Below, in pieces: positions 51,184 through 64,000 of a stretch of 64,000 nt of DNA (within the stretch, counting starts at the first letter, position 1; the number at the start of each line of letters is the position of its first letter). The position numbers and the translations under genes are program-made. The notes under the pieces are model-generated. The model was not told where the DNA came from, searched no databases, and saw only the letters and a program-made list of their open reading frames with translations. Source of the DNA: Sphaerodactylus townsendi (lineage: Eukaryota); contig NC_059427.1 of assembly GCF_021028975.2 (NCBI RefSeq), positions 127,782,001-127,846,000 on the forward strand, read 5' to 3'.

Positions 51184-51649
51184 GTGAGTGCTCTCTTTCC
51201 TCTTACCTACAATCAGCTTGGGAGGGGCGGTTCTTCTAATTCATCTTTTTTTTAAAAAAAAATTACCATTCCTTCTGATGTCTATTGGGTTTTGTTAGTT
51301 TTTGGAAGGCTGGTTAGCTTCTTAAGCCCCTCTGTCATGCCTCGTCTTATATTGCCTGTCTATAATAAACATTGTTGACTTCTAAAGTGCGGTGTCTAAT
51401 ATCCTGTCCAGACAGGCTTCTGTGACTAGTGGGGGGGGGGGGGGAATGAAGGGGGGAGATTTTTCTTTGTGTGTTGCTTCAGGTGCTTGTTCACAGAATG
51501 GGGATTTCTTTTGAAAATGTGTGGAGAATTTTTTTTAATGTCAACACTTAAAACTAGGATTGTAATGAGGCTACAAAACCCAGAATCTGCACACCACTTC
51601 TCCCACCCGCACCTGGTCGTCCAACATTCTGGTATGCTTCAACAGGATA

Positions 51650-52151
51650 CAGTGGAACCTCGGTTTTCGTTGGTAATCTGTCCGAAAAGAATCGATGAAA
51701 ACTGAAACTGATGAAAACCGAGGCAAACTTTTCCATAGGAATCAATGTAAATCCAATTAATCTGTTCTAGGCACTCCAAAAAACATACCAAAAACACATT
51801 TTTGGCGAATAAACATAGCATTCAATGCTGAAAACAATAACAAATAATAATACTAGGACCAGCTTCAGAGCCAGTGGACCAATGTTGCACCAGAAAGCTG
51901 TCCCAAGAGGTCTGTTTCTGACGCCTCTTTAAGATTTGTCTGAAATGGGGCAAGATGTCATTAAACAAGTTGTAGACACGACCTGCAACAGCTTTGTCTG
52001 GGTGATTTTTCTCCACAAACTCCTGCACCTTACTGCAAATTGATGAAAACCGAGGCAAATCAATGAAAACCGAGACACATTTTTCACTGAAAAAAATCAA
52101 TGAAACCTAAATTGATGAAAAGCAAAGGCAATGAAAACTGAGGTTCCACTG
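51650..52151 (-). mobile_element. Tigger/pogo-like non-autonomous DNA transposon
   Basis: TIRs CAGTGGAACCTCGGTTTTC / GAAAACTGAGGTTCCACTG flanked by TA on both sides. Internal minus-strand peptide (HFRQILKRRQKQTS) resembles a Tigger transposase C-terminus. Confidence 0.85.
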
Positions 52152-55100
52152 TATTCTGGAATATTTGAGTGTCACTTATATTTGAGCATCTTTCTGTCCT
52201 GTTGATTGCTCCCATTAAGTTTGTGACTGGGATTACATTGATTCAAATTGAATACTAGGTACAGCCTTCCTGTTGTAATCTGGAAAGTGGGTCTCCTCCT
52301 CTGTGTGTTAAGCCATGTATGGGCAGCTCTCCAGAGTCAAGCTGCAGAATCCGGTGGTGGGAAGGGACCTGAAATCTTTTGCAGTTCCTTCAACCTTTGA
52401 GATAGGGACAGATGGCTAGCACAACAGGACATTGTGTGGTATGTGTCAAAAAGCTGATGTAATCTTCTTAGGTACTTTATGAATGATTAATATTTGATTC
52501 TTGGTAAGGGCTGGAATGTGTCTGCAGCAATTACCAGAACAAAGGGAGCTACATGTTTATGATTCAAGCTTCTTTTAACCTGAGGCCTTTATACTTCTGA
52601 TTTCTGGGAGGCAGTGGAGAAAGTTATTAGCATCCTGACTTCCCATTCTCAAAGAAATGGCTGGCTAGCTGGCAGGATTGAAATTAGAAAGATGGAAGTT
52701 GAAAGGGTTTTCGGTCTGATACAACAAGCATCAGAGCAAGCTTCATGCAACCACAATGGAGCATCTGTACTAACAATGCTCAGGCAGCAATAGTCTATCA
52801 AAAATGCACAGATAGATGGCTGTGATTTAGTACCAGCCTGGCACACTTGTTCAGCGCCTTGGAACTCTCCAGATCTCTGCTCCTATTCAAAGAAACGGGT
52901 TCTCTGAGTGGCTTTGCATGTTACACAAGGGCATCTCCTTTCCACTGTATGTTGCATGCAAAACCATAGTCATTCATACAAAGTTAAGGCAGAAACTCTT
53001 CAAGGTCTCATGCAGGTTAAGGTCTTTCTCAGCATCAGCTACCTGTGCTTCTTGAACTGGATTTGCCAGGGACTGAACCTGGCACCTTCTGCATACAAAA
53101 CATGTCTTCTCTCACTGAACCTAAATGGTGACTAAATATATGCTTAATTGCCGAATATTCCGCATCCATCAGATTCTTTTATGACAAGTATACTTGCTGT
53201 TAGTGCAGCATCTGTTTCTCCTGATTTTAAAAAAAACTTTTTAATCCAGAACATTTTCCAAGGGTGTCTTCTGTAGCTATTGTTAATCTAATTCAGAATG
53301 GAATATCGCAAATTTATGTTCAGCCCACCTTCTAGTCATTTGCTAAGGCAGTTGTGGCATTCCAAGGAAGCAAATGGACACTTAGAAACAGCATGCAATT
53401 TTAAGGAAGAACATAGATATGAGCAAAGGTGGAGCTATATTAAGTCATATTTTTATTTTGTTGGCATGCTGATATTTTGAGGACTGCAGCAAATGTGGCA
53501 CAGTTTTCTATCTCCTAGACTCCAAACAGCCCTTCTGTACCCCCAAAATCAAGTCAGCCCCATTTTCTTAAACTAGATATTTGAAATGCTGGCCCCTTTA
53601 AGCAGTTCAAATCCACCCTCAGTCTCACCTCTAGTAGTCAATGCACCCAAGGGAATCTATCAGGAAATATTTTAGGATTTGGGGACTTCAGGAAGCCAAA
53701 ACATTTTAAATAGGATTGTGTGTGTGTGTTGGTTAACTAATGAAAAAGCTCAACCAAGAAGTCCTATTTGTCACTGTCCTTATTATGAAAATGAATAGGT
53801 TAGCTAACAGTATTCATTAATATTTGTTATTCTGACATCTGGCTTCTGGCTTAGACAGTTCAAGCAGAGTTCAGGTTCAGAGGGTGGGTGGAGCAATTCA
53901 GAAAACAACAAAGCAACAGAGAAATTTCTGAGTCAGCAGAGTAAGGCTACTTCTGTACAAAGGTGGGAAAATGCTCCACTACAGCAGCAAATGGGACAAG
54001 ATCAACATCCACGCACCTCCATCCCCACTATGCTCGCTGCTACCACTGACACCCCCCTTGCTCCTCCCCCCCTTTCCCCATGACATCTGTGCTTTAGTTC
54101 AGGCATTTCAGCCCCTTTCTCCTCCCTTTTATTTATTTGGAACCTGCCTGAGGCATCCTATGACATAAAGTGTAATAAAAACAATAAACATTTAAAAGTT
54201 ATCCATTGGAGTCTACCATTAAAATAAAAATATTAATAAAAATCCAGAATTTTTGAAATCAACCTTTAGCTCATTGTAGCTCATCTGGGAAAGGGAGGAA
54301 AGCCCTTTCAGGGGTTGAAAAAGAGTGGGGTGAAATGTGGATCATGAAGGTGAGCGTTGCCTTCTTCCCTATAGTGGTTCCTCTGTTATTCCCCTTTAAT
54401 AGAAACTCTCCCTGCAGCCACCCCACAGATTCACTTTTGAGCTGGATTAAAGCAGGTTTATCTTTAATCGCTCTCGAGGGGAAACAATACAGGAGCCAGG
54501 CAAGTCATGGATCATGATGTCATCTAAATGCTCCTAATACCGTGTCGGTAACCTGCTGTTCATGCAGAAAAAAATTCTATATGGAAACAGCCTAAAACAG
54601 GCTTTGCAGCATGGTGGGCTTCTTTCTTTCCATGGTGTTTCCATCCACGTCGTTGGCTTGGGAAGAGCTTTCTCGGTTCTATATTCTATTCATTCCCTCC
54701 AGTCAGCCTCACTCTGCCTGAGCTGGTTCTGTTCTTTTGAGACTGAACGTTTTCAGGTTCTTTCTGGTGTTCTGCAGATTGCAGAGCTGCTGTGTGACCG
54801 AACACTGTGAGAGAAAGTGTGATTGATTTGCTTTTTTTAGTGGAAGGGTTGCAAGATGTTTTTTTTTTTAAGCTGCTGCTTTTTATTTGAGCCTGCTGCC
54901 ACCGTCTCCAAACCCGAACAGAATGCTTGGCGCTGCTATAACTTAGTACGATTGCCGGTTGATCCACAGTCCAGTATTTTCACTGGCTGTTTGGGAAAAA
55001 GCTGGAAAAAATATCTAACATTTAAATGTGCATTATTTTTTTCCAGTCCCCCCCCCCCCCAATATAGTTATTGAAGATACCAGACAGTCAAAGTCAGTAG

Positions 55101-55479
55101 CAGACACCTGGCAACCATATTTACTACTGAAGAGAGGGCTACTATTCAGCTAGTGTGAGGTTCCCCCCTATTTCCTTTCCCTTTAACATTAGTTCAAATG
55201 TAAATCTGTCTGTGATTCCATTTCTTTTCTGTTTGTACATTTGTTGTGTCACTGTGTGTTTCACTTTGATTATTTACAATGTAGACAAATAGTGGATACT
55301 TGAGTGTTATTCACACTGACTAACTGCCTGCAAAGCAAGTCACTAGTCGCTCCCATTCTATGTGTTATATGCACTGAAGTCTACATGCACTTCAACTTGT
55401 TTCTGCTAAGCATGATTTTATGGTTTGTTTTCCATTAAGGAGTTACTCTCACTCTCTGAATAGTGATCAAGTGATAGGG

Positions 55480-55615
55480 CCGTGGTGGCGAACCTTTGGC
55501 ACTCCAGATGTTATGGACTACAATTCCCATCAGCCCCTGCCAGCATGGCCATCAGCAGGGGCTGATGGGAATTGTAGTCCATAACATCTGGAGTGCCAAA
55601 GGTTCACCACCACTG
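55480..55615. mobile_element. hAT-type palindromic MITE (same family as 20690)
   Basis: Hairpin body with GGACTACAATTCCCATCAGCC core and a perfect 8-bp TSD TGATAGGG. Confidence 0.9.
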
Positions 55616-58539
55616 TGATAGGGGATTGGTTCTAAATGTTCTGCCATCACTAGCTACCTCACTTGGGGTGCAAAGCACTTCCCTCAGCTTGTTTCTTGAA
55701 GGCATTAAATGGAAGTCTCTGTGCTCACTGCATAACTTTGCCTTCCTTTCATGAGGTTTCAGATCCCCACTGATCTTCAGTTCTGCCTGCCTTGTGGGAG
55801 TGCCAATTATATACCTGTGCAGATTCTTCTAGCGAGAATTTAAACTTCCTGCAAAAATGGTTACTTTTTTTCTATCTTCCTGAAATTTGGCAGGTGCAAT
55901 TCCAATCCTAGAACATTTAAATCAAGTTGGATTGAAGATGATGCTTCAGGCAGAAATGTATTTGCCATTGAAGCCAGTGAAAAATGAGTGATGCAATAAC
56001 AAAACAAATAACATTTTTAAAATTTTAAAAGTGCACCCCCCTACTTCTAGTGATGGGCAGTCCCATTCAAACCTGGAGGTGGTGGGAAATAGTGCCACCC
56101 CACTGCCTCCAGTAGGGCTTTCTGGCAGCGCAGGGAGCTCAAGAAAGCCCCAAAACTCCCTCGCCGCCAGAAAGCCCCACAGGATTTAAAGGACATATGT
56201 CGGCAAAAGGGTGGTGTACATCTGACCCCAGGAGGGAGTCGACTAATATTGGCTCCATCCCTGGGAATGCCCTGGCCCATGCTGGCATCCCTGTCACAGC
56301 CTGAACTTCCAGGTTTTGTGGCGGCGGAGCTGTGAGACACGCAGCCACCAGCCCGTCTGCCGAAGTATGTGCCCCAGGGAGGGTAAATCTCCAGTACAAG
56401 ACTGCGCCACTCCCTAAAACCCTTACAGCCCACCCCCACCCTCAGATGGGGCTCTAGATTGGTCTAGTTTAATGCTTATTAAAGAAAGCAGTACATAAAA
56501 TTCCAATTTTTGATCAAATGAGAATTTAAAGAAGTGCAGGGGTGGTCAGGTGTCTTTTCCATAGCAAAGTGTTCTTAACAAATCTCAGATCTTGTGTTTT
56601 TCAGGAGTGGGGAGGGCTGGAGGGATAAGAGGAGAAAAGAGCTGCAGGGCAAAATACAGAAACATGACTATATTCAGAAGTAAATCAAACTATGGTTTGT
56701 CATTACAGGAATGAGTCTTGGAAGTCCTTAAGTTCATATGCTATTCGGATGTCCTGGTTCCCACAAAACACAGTTTAGTTTAACATCTGAATGCAGGGGA
56801 AAGCACCCCAATGGCTTGTTCTCCTATGTATAAAATAGGATCCCAAAACACTATTTATAGATAAGAGGACAAACCAGCATTTGCCGTTATGTCTGAATGC
56901 AGCCTCAATGAAACAAGGAACCAGTTGGAGTTCCTTTTGTAGAGTAAATGCTATATAATGGAAAACAAGTTAAATTTTAAATTGAAAAGTCACTGTTAAA
57001 ATGCCATTCATGGAAATATCTAGCAACCCTGTTTGACAGAGAGAGGGGAATTCCTGAGGGGAAACTCTCATCATGGTGCATTTATGCTACAGAAGAGCCA
57101 GCATCAAAACATGAACAAAACAGCCCTGATCTACAATAACCTAAGTCTAAAATAATGAAGTCAAGTGGTGAATCCCAAAGCTTGCTTGTGTCTAGGTCTG
57201 GCATCTGTTGTGTCCCCATAATCAAGACAAAAAGCTATGCCTTAAGAGAGGCCAGGTCATTCATGCAAATAAAGTAATTAGGGGAGCTGCAGCTCTGTTT
57301 TGAGTCTCTTTGGTTTGTTAAATTAAGCTTCCCTGTGTCCTAGATATTTTTCTTTTGTCATGTGCTACTGTGGGCGATGCTTGGCACAGAAGGAGTGTCA
57401 CTTGGAGGTGCATTTTTAGGAATTAATGAAGAATGAGGTAATTCAGCCTTCCCACTGCTACCTGGAAATTAAAACAGGGACATGCCTCATTCATCAGCCA
57501 AGAGGATATATATATAAAAGATCAACTGCCTGTCTCTGGGATGCCCTTGTGTTGTGGTTCATGCATACGTTTCCTCATAAATCAAAATACGAGCTAGACA
57601 CTGACTACATTCTAGTAATGGTTTCCAAAAAAAAGTCCATCAAGGATATATGTACTTGGAATACAACTGCTTGTGAAGCCAAGGTACTAAACTGAAATAT
57701 ATGCAGGGAACTATTCCATTGAGAAGCATCTCTACCTTTAGGGGGAAATCTACAGAGTTATCAAATGTTCTTGTTGTTGATACCCATTGCCTACAGAGCA
57801 CTGCACTTCTTGCAGAACTGCTAGTCCTTGTGTGCAGAAGCTAAGCTGAATTTTTTTTAAAGGAACCTTTTTCCAATGGTCTTATGCATCTTTCTTAATC
57901 CTCTGTTGGACATATGGGCATTCTAGCAGTGCCATGAATGTCTGCATCATCACGGAGCTATGCAAATTCCTCTGTACAAAGGGATGCCTTCAATTAGCAG
58001 TGGGTCTGAGCAGCCCGTATGCCCCCAGAAACTGGCATAAACAAGTAATAGGTTAGTTTATATTTGAAATGATAATCTTAGATCTTTTGAGCAGCCCATT
58101 CCTCTGCTTGGAAAACTGCCAGTACTGGATGTACCAGACCAGATTTAGTTTTCCCTGCATCAGACAGTACAATCTGGGCCCCAGGATACTGGCAATTGAT
58201 CAGCACCACGGCACCTGAGAATTGCTATAATGACTTGGGGGATTTGCTGTATAGGGCAACTATATTTGGGGGGGTTTTTTTTTACTTTTCTTCAGTTGTT
58301 GAGTTGGAAAGCACATTTATGACAGGGCTGGAGAGGAGAAACTCCACAAAGCTTTGAAATACCCAGCGTTTTAAAAATAAAGAGTCTAGAACGTGGCAGG
58401 GAATTGCTGAGATTGAGAGAGAAAAGCCAAACTGGTGTTTGCTGCTTTGTCAAAAATGTTTGCCAGAGGGTTTGAGGCTTGTTTGGCCCATAACAAAGTA
58501 AAATGATAAATGAAAAACAGATCATCTGATCAGGGGAGA

Positions 58540-58940
58540 ATGACATAACATAACAGAAGCATTTATTGTCATTGTGCACGCACAACGAAATTTACAGCAG
58601 CATTCCTCGATGCACACAATTTCAGACTCATACCCCATCCTCACTTTCCCCTTCCTCCACCCATCCCTACACAGCCCCAAACACATCAACACGAAGCCAC
58701 GGAGTTTAGCATAGCCACAGCTCTAGAGTAGAAGCTGTCTCTAAGCCTCTTTGTCCTACTTTTTATAGACCTGTATCATCTGCCGGATGGTAACAGTTCA
58801 AAAAGAGAGTGTGCTGGATGAGACGGGTCTCTCAGAATATTTTGGGCTTTCTTTAGGCTTCGGGAATTATAGAGTTCTTACAAGGAGGGGAGAGGGCAGC
58901 CGATAATCCTCTATGCAGTAGTGATCACCCTTTGGAGCGC
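58540..58940 (-). mobile_element. Rex1/Babar-like LINE 3' fragment
   Basis: The minus strand reads DPSHPAHSLFELLPSGR*YRSIKSRTKRLRDSFY, characteristic of the Rex1 RT C-terminus. Short (ATAAC)n tail. Confidence 0.8.
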
Positions 58941-59913
58941 CTTTGGACCAGGGATGTCACAAGCTGTGTCCAGTAGGTTGGTGACTGTGATGTTCATTCA
59001 ACCGCATTCCACACCATGCTGACAGCAGCAATTTACATGCTAGCTGGAGAGGGAATATTCTGTTTGTATCCCTACCAGTCCTGCTGGCTAAGTACAACAT
59101 TCTTGCAATAGAAAGCACTAGCTTGAGGGAAGGGCACCTGAATCCTGCTGCAAACAACAAATAATTGCCCACAACTTTTATTTCAAGCAAAAATCATTTG
59201 TCCTCAAATATTTTGGAGAATCGTCATTCTCAATCCCTATCAGGCCAGGAATGGTTTTGCTTGGAGTTTTTTCCAATTACAAAAAAAATCAAGAGTTGAC
59301 AACAAGCCTCTCGTGGTCAAGATGTAAAAAAAATTTCAAGATGTAAATAAGAATCAATAATATCACAATATTCCCCTCTTTGAAAATATGAGAAACCTCT
59401 AGCCCGCTTTAAGAAACATCAGTTTATGCTGAAGAAAATAAAACACAAGCTGCTTCTCTTAATTTGTGGAGTTTTCTCACAATTAGCGTTTCACAGCCTT
59501 CTTTGCATTTAAGCAATTACGAATTACTTCAATTTCCGTGTGGAAGAATGCTACCAAACCATTTTTTTTAGCAAGACACAGCATAAGCTTAGATGAGTAT
59601 CTTTGCAGAAGTGTTGCTCAGGTGGTTCTTCTCTCCTGCAGTGCTTTGAGGGTGAGAGCAGTGCTGTGCTGTCATGGTTTTCAGCACATGGCTACCCTCT
59701 GCTGGTGCCTGCGCAGCAGCAGCTGAAGTCATTCTCTGTTTCTCACCAACAAGAAGCGAAAGGCTGCTTCTCTGCCATGTCATTCTCCAGGGACTGTTCA
59801 CTTACCGCTCAGTTAAATGGGTTTTCTGGAATTGTGAGAGCCCAATAAGTTGCTCATGTCACATTTTGCTTAACAAGATTTTTAAGGAAGGCTAACATTT
59901 AGTGAAGGGAACC

Positions 59914-60525
59914 TGCTTACTGAACCTGAGCTGTAGGCAGGCAGGAGCTGGAGTGTGGTCAGGCGAGCCATTGTCAAGGTGGGCAGCATGTGGGGAGCGG
60001 TCAACCAGTCCAGAGTCAGGGCAGGCAGCAGGCAAATTCATTGTCAAAACCAGACAGGCACAGGTGTGGTCAAGGCAGTCCAGGGTCAGGGCAATCCAAA
60101 GTCAAGCCTCAGGCAGGAGATCAGGCAGACTGATTGAAAGTCAGAGGGAGACTAGGTACGTGGAGCTTTCCATGTTGTTGTTGCCAAGGCAGGATTTATA
60201 TAGGAAGTTCTAGTTACTGAGTCTGAGATCCTGCAAGGACTCAGTGCTCCTCAGTTGTAGATCCCTCCATTTCGCAGAGCTTTCTGCCATACCTAGCAGC
60301 ATTGTGAGCACTTTTCCTTTTACCCTGCAACTGTAGCCTCTGTCTCCTTTGCACAGCTGACTCGCTACTCAGCTCCTCTGAGGGCTCTCCCAGCTGCACA
60401 TCATCCGAGAAGGACTTGGAGCTGGCTCTGCTGCCTGCACCTCCTCACAAGGAGCCAGGGTTGGCTCCATTGTGTCTTCAGGCTTTTTAGCAGAGTCCTC
60501 AGTGTCCAGGGACTGTTTCATGACA
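59914..60525 (-). mobile_element. Probable solo LTR (Gypsy-like)
   Basis: TG...CA ends with GAACC on both sides (the left end could be 59914 or 59927). Minus-strand TGTCATG start and a TATA-like CTATATAAAT near 60194-60203. Confidence 0.5.
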
Positions 60526-63392
60526 GAACCCCAAGTTTGCAGAAAAAAATGAAATCTAATTTTAAAAAATTAGGATGCCCCAATACTACCGGGGGTGGGT
60601 GGGTGGCGAACAGGCTAGTGAAGGCGATACAAGGCCATGCTGGTGTGTTTGCCCCCTCCATAAGAGACACCCGTGCAGATGGAGAGGGGAAAGAGCTGCC
60701 GGTTGGATGCCCTTCAGCTCCACAGCAGAAAAACTCAGAAGTGAGTGCCCCCATGGACCTCTGCTGGTGTCCGATTGGATGCCTGTGCAGGGAGGGAGGG
60801 CTGGGGGTGGAGCCGACTATCATCAGCTTCCACCCAGGCTTTCACCCTGTGAGCACTGCAGCCAGTGCCCTGGACTAGCCCAATGGAGGGCTTTCAGGCA
60901 GCTGGGGAGATTTTTTGTTTTTTCTGCCTCCCCGTGCCACCTGAAATCCCTCTGGAGGCAGCAGGCGGCACGACAGCAGCACCATCCCTGGCCATTTCAG
61001 GCTTTGAATTGAACTGTCCCACTCTTCAAAATAATAAAAATAAGAAAAACAATGCCTGTAGCTTTAACGAAAAAAATGCCACTAAGCAACTGTATTTCTG
61101 AGGCAGGGACAGCCACAAAATGACACCCACACTTCCCTTCTCTCACACAATGAAGATTCTTGTGTTGTGTTGGCTGCTGCTGGCAAAGCAACATTTAAAA
61201 AAATCTGCACAGCCAATCAGAAACCTTGCTGGGCCCGTGACCCTGATCACTTTCTAAAAACACTTGACAGGCACTAGGAAGGCTGTTGGCAGGTGCCATG
61301 GTGCCCACAGCACCATGTTGGGATTAGGGTTGCCAGCCTCCTAGTGGTTCAACCATAATGGAAGTGTGGTAGGTTGCTCTTATCTGGTGAACTGGATGTT
61401 TCCCTGGCCTGACACATGAAGCCTGCTGGGTGACCTGGGGCTATTCACAGTTCTCTCAGAATTCTCACTCAGCCGCACCTACCTCACACAGTGTCTGCTG
61501 TGGGGAAGGGAAGGAGCTTGTAAGCAGTTTTGAGATTCCTTATGGTTGAGAAAAACAGGGTATAAATCCAAACTCTTCTTTTCTATCTACCAATAGATAC
61601 TGGGAGTTAAGCAGTGATGTTTGCTAACAGCTCCAGCTTCCAAATTCTCTTCAAGGCGGCCCTATCTTAAGCACAACGCAGCAATCTGTGTAAGACAGGG
61701 GTACCCAGTGTGGCACCTGTGAACACCATCGTACCCACTGACACCTTTTCTGGTGCCCACTAAGTGTTTTTTGGAAGATGGAAAGGCCAACAAGGCTTCT
61801 GATTGACTCTTGGATATTTTATTGGCTGTGTAGATTTTTAAAAAACATTGCTTTTGCATCAGCTGCTACCGTAACACAAGGATCTACACTATTCTAAGCT
61901 GCGACAATCACGTTGTGGCTGCTTTCAGCTCCTGTGGTGACTATTTTGTGGCAGCCATTTTGTTCTTGCACACACCACCATGCCCTGTCAGAATTCCAAA
62001 TGTGCCCACAGGCTGACAAAGGTTTGGGACCCCTGCTCCAATATATTGTAAGATGATGGGGCTCAGCACAATGAGGTTTCTCTTCTCAAAAAAAGAACAA
62101 AACCAGCATCCCTAGCAATGGCTGCTAATTGAGTGATCCATAAGTGAGGCAGGAAGTCTGATCGCACCCCCGACCTCTTCATTTGCTCAGGGGAGGAAAC
62201 ACTAACCCCATCTATTGTAGACAGCCTGACTTCCTTTAGGGCACCGGGATTGGTAATACACCAATACTGCCTCCATTGTGTCTGGATATCACTTCTGTCT
62301 GCCTCCAAAGCAGCACAAAGGAAGCCCTACTTGCACCTGTGCAAGAAGGAAATGCACTGTCTCTGCACGGCATCCAGATTGTGACACTGCTGAAACTCCG
62401 ACTTGAAATGTGGGTGCAGGTGACTAAAAACTGGGAGCTGTAGAAGTACTTCCGAGAGTGCTGCCAGCTTAAGATGAAATAGCAGCATCCATTTCAAAGC
62501 CTGCTGGGTTTATCTTGTCATACAGACCATAAACAAAATGACGAATGCAAAATGCTTCAGCGGTACTTATCTAAATGGCTGCTGCCTGGCTTGTTCTGAA
62601 TTGCTACCACCTCTCCGGAGTTGCCAGAGAAGCTGAAGAAACAATCGATTTGGATGTCCAGATAAAGATGTGAGCCGTCAGTTCAGCTGCGGTTTTTTGC
62701 CTTTCCCCTTTTGCTTCTATCCTGCAGTGGGATAAAAACTGTCAGTTAGTTAATCCAGTGCTTCAGCAGGACTTGGTAACATTCAAAGTTGACCTGGCTT
62801 TTTTATGTGTTATTCAGAGATAGGGAATAGGGAGATAATTAGAAGAATGTTTGCAGCGCATACAGTTTAATCTCCTGCTTTCTCCTCTGAACAGAGGCAT
62901 CAGCTTTGAACAAGGCAGTTTTGCCGCCGTCGTATTTTTGCTCTGCAGAAGCCCCACTGCGTTCATCTTTGCAGTCACAGTTAGTGCATTTGTCTAGCTG
63001 TATGGCTGCACTGCAGTTCACATTTAGGAAAGGCTTTGAAATGTTGCTCTAAGGACAAAGAGAAAACAAATGGTAGAGCTCTATCTGACTGCCAGACCAG
63101 AAAACTGGGCTTCAGGCAGGGTAGTGAAGATTTCCATGTCATGCCTGTTTCAGAAGTTGGGGTTTGTTTAGTTATTCTTGTAAAAGAGCCTGGTGGAAGT
63201 GATGGGGAAGTTATACCTGAGTCACTGGATAGACAAACTCTTGTGAATCCTCACCTGCTCCACAGCCATTTGACTTAATAATCTAACCTTCCTAGAAGAT
63301 GTCAAAACCTGCCCTGTGATTTTGTTCATCAGAACCAAGGATGAAGTTGTAATAGCCCAACCAACTCATGTCAGCTTTTCCAAAGCTAAAAC

Positions 63393-63393
63393 G

Positions 63394-63440
<47 letters not shown>
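63393..63440. repeat. (GTT)16 microsatellite
   Basis: Read directly from the sequence. Confidence 0.95.
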
Positions 63441-64000
63441 ATTTATTAGTTTTCTTATGCCGTCCAATCCCCGAAGGGTTCTGAGCAGTGAACAGAGGCC
63501 AATAGGCAGCATATACAATACAATAATAAAATCAATGTATAAGCATTAAAATTGTTTAAAATACAGTAGCAGCAGCACATACAATTGTATTGGCGGCGCC
63601 TGATCCCAGGCTCAGGAGGGGACTTGGCAGAAAGCCGAGAAAAACATAGACAGAATCAAAGGGGGGTATCACGATGTTTTGTTTCTCTCGACAAAAAATG
63701 CCATAAACGTATATCCTTTTGGCAATATTGTAGACGCGTTGTCCATTTCTTCCCAGCGAAACGTTGGGAGGAAGGGATGATTGCCAAAACTCTGTCCTTC
63801 AAAGTAGAATATTTGCCCACTAGGCAAATATTTGTGAATTTTGTTAAAACAGCCATTACATATGGTGGAATCCACTGTTAGAAACCGCCCTGCCTCTTTG
63901 CAAAACTTGCTATTCCCCAAAGCCCTCAGTAGACAGATCATATTCGAAGATGGGAAGCTCTGTGTTGTTGGCTTTGTCTGTTTGGTGATGAACATTTATT
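63441..64000 (-). mobile_element. Probable non-LTR retrotransposon 3' end, running out of the window
   Basis: An L2-like tail (CCCGAAGGG...) abuts the (GTT)n repeat. The minus-strand ORF remnant could not be assigned to a family. Confidence 0.4.

Noticed and set aside
54778-54806. Possible 29-nt exon (ttctgcAG ... ACT|GTGAGA)
   Set aside because: Weak donor, frame-shifting length and no Raptor-like peptide.
44021-64000. Next canonical Raptor exon (GAGMVVDWEQETG...)
   Set aside because: Not found by eye or in the ORF track. It is presumably downstream of the window, so this is not evidence of gene truncation.
1-64000. Prokaryotic-type systems (CRISPR, operons, defence islands)
   Set aside because: The sequence is a spliced vertebrate gene with no repeat-spacer array and no dense coding.

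Overview
Eukaryotic genomic DNA from a vertebrate. The SINE, CR1, Penelope and hAT repertoire suggests a squamate reptile, possibly a gecko (inference). The window lies inside RPTOR (Raptor, the mTORC1 scaffold) on the + strand. Eight canonical GT-AG coding exons splice in frame and encode the region equivalent to human Raptor about G801-R1123 (roughly human exons 21-28; numbering from memory). This covers the end of the ARM/HEAT region, the phospho-linker, the Rag-binding claw and the start of the WD40 propeller. The rest is intron filled with transposon relics: CR1, L2, Rex1, a decayed DIRS tyrosine-recombinase retrotransposon, Penelope fragments, hAT, Tc-mariner and Harbinger-like MITEs, SINEs and a probable solo LTR. 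There is also a 131-N assembly gap. The best candidate novelty is a 48-nt, frame-preserving cassette exon (51136-51183) that the ORF track misses. It has strong splice signals and would insert GLTRRVSIYLDRSKQG, carrying an RRxS-hydrophobic PKA-type motif, into the Raptor WD40 region. Nearly all other short ORFs in the track look spurious. All human comparisons are from memory and were not run as searches.
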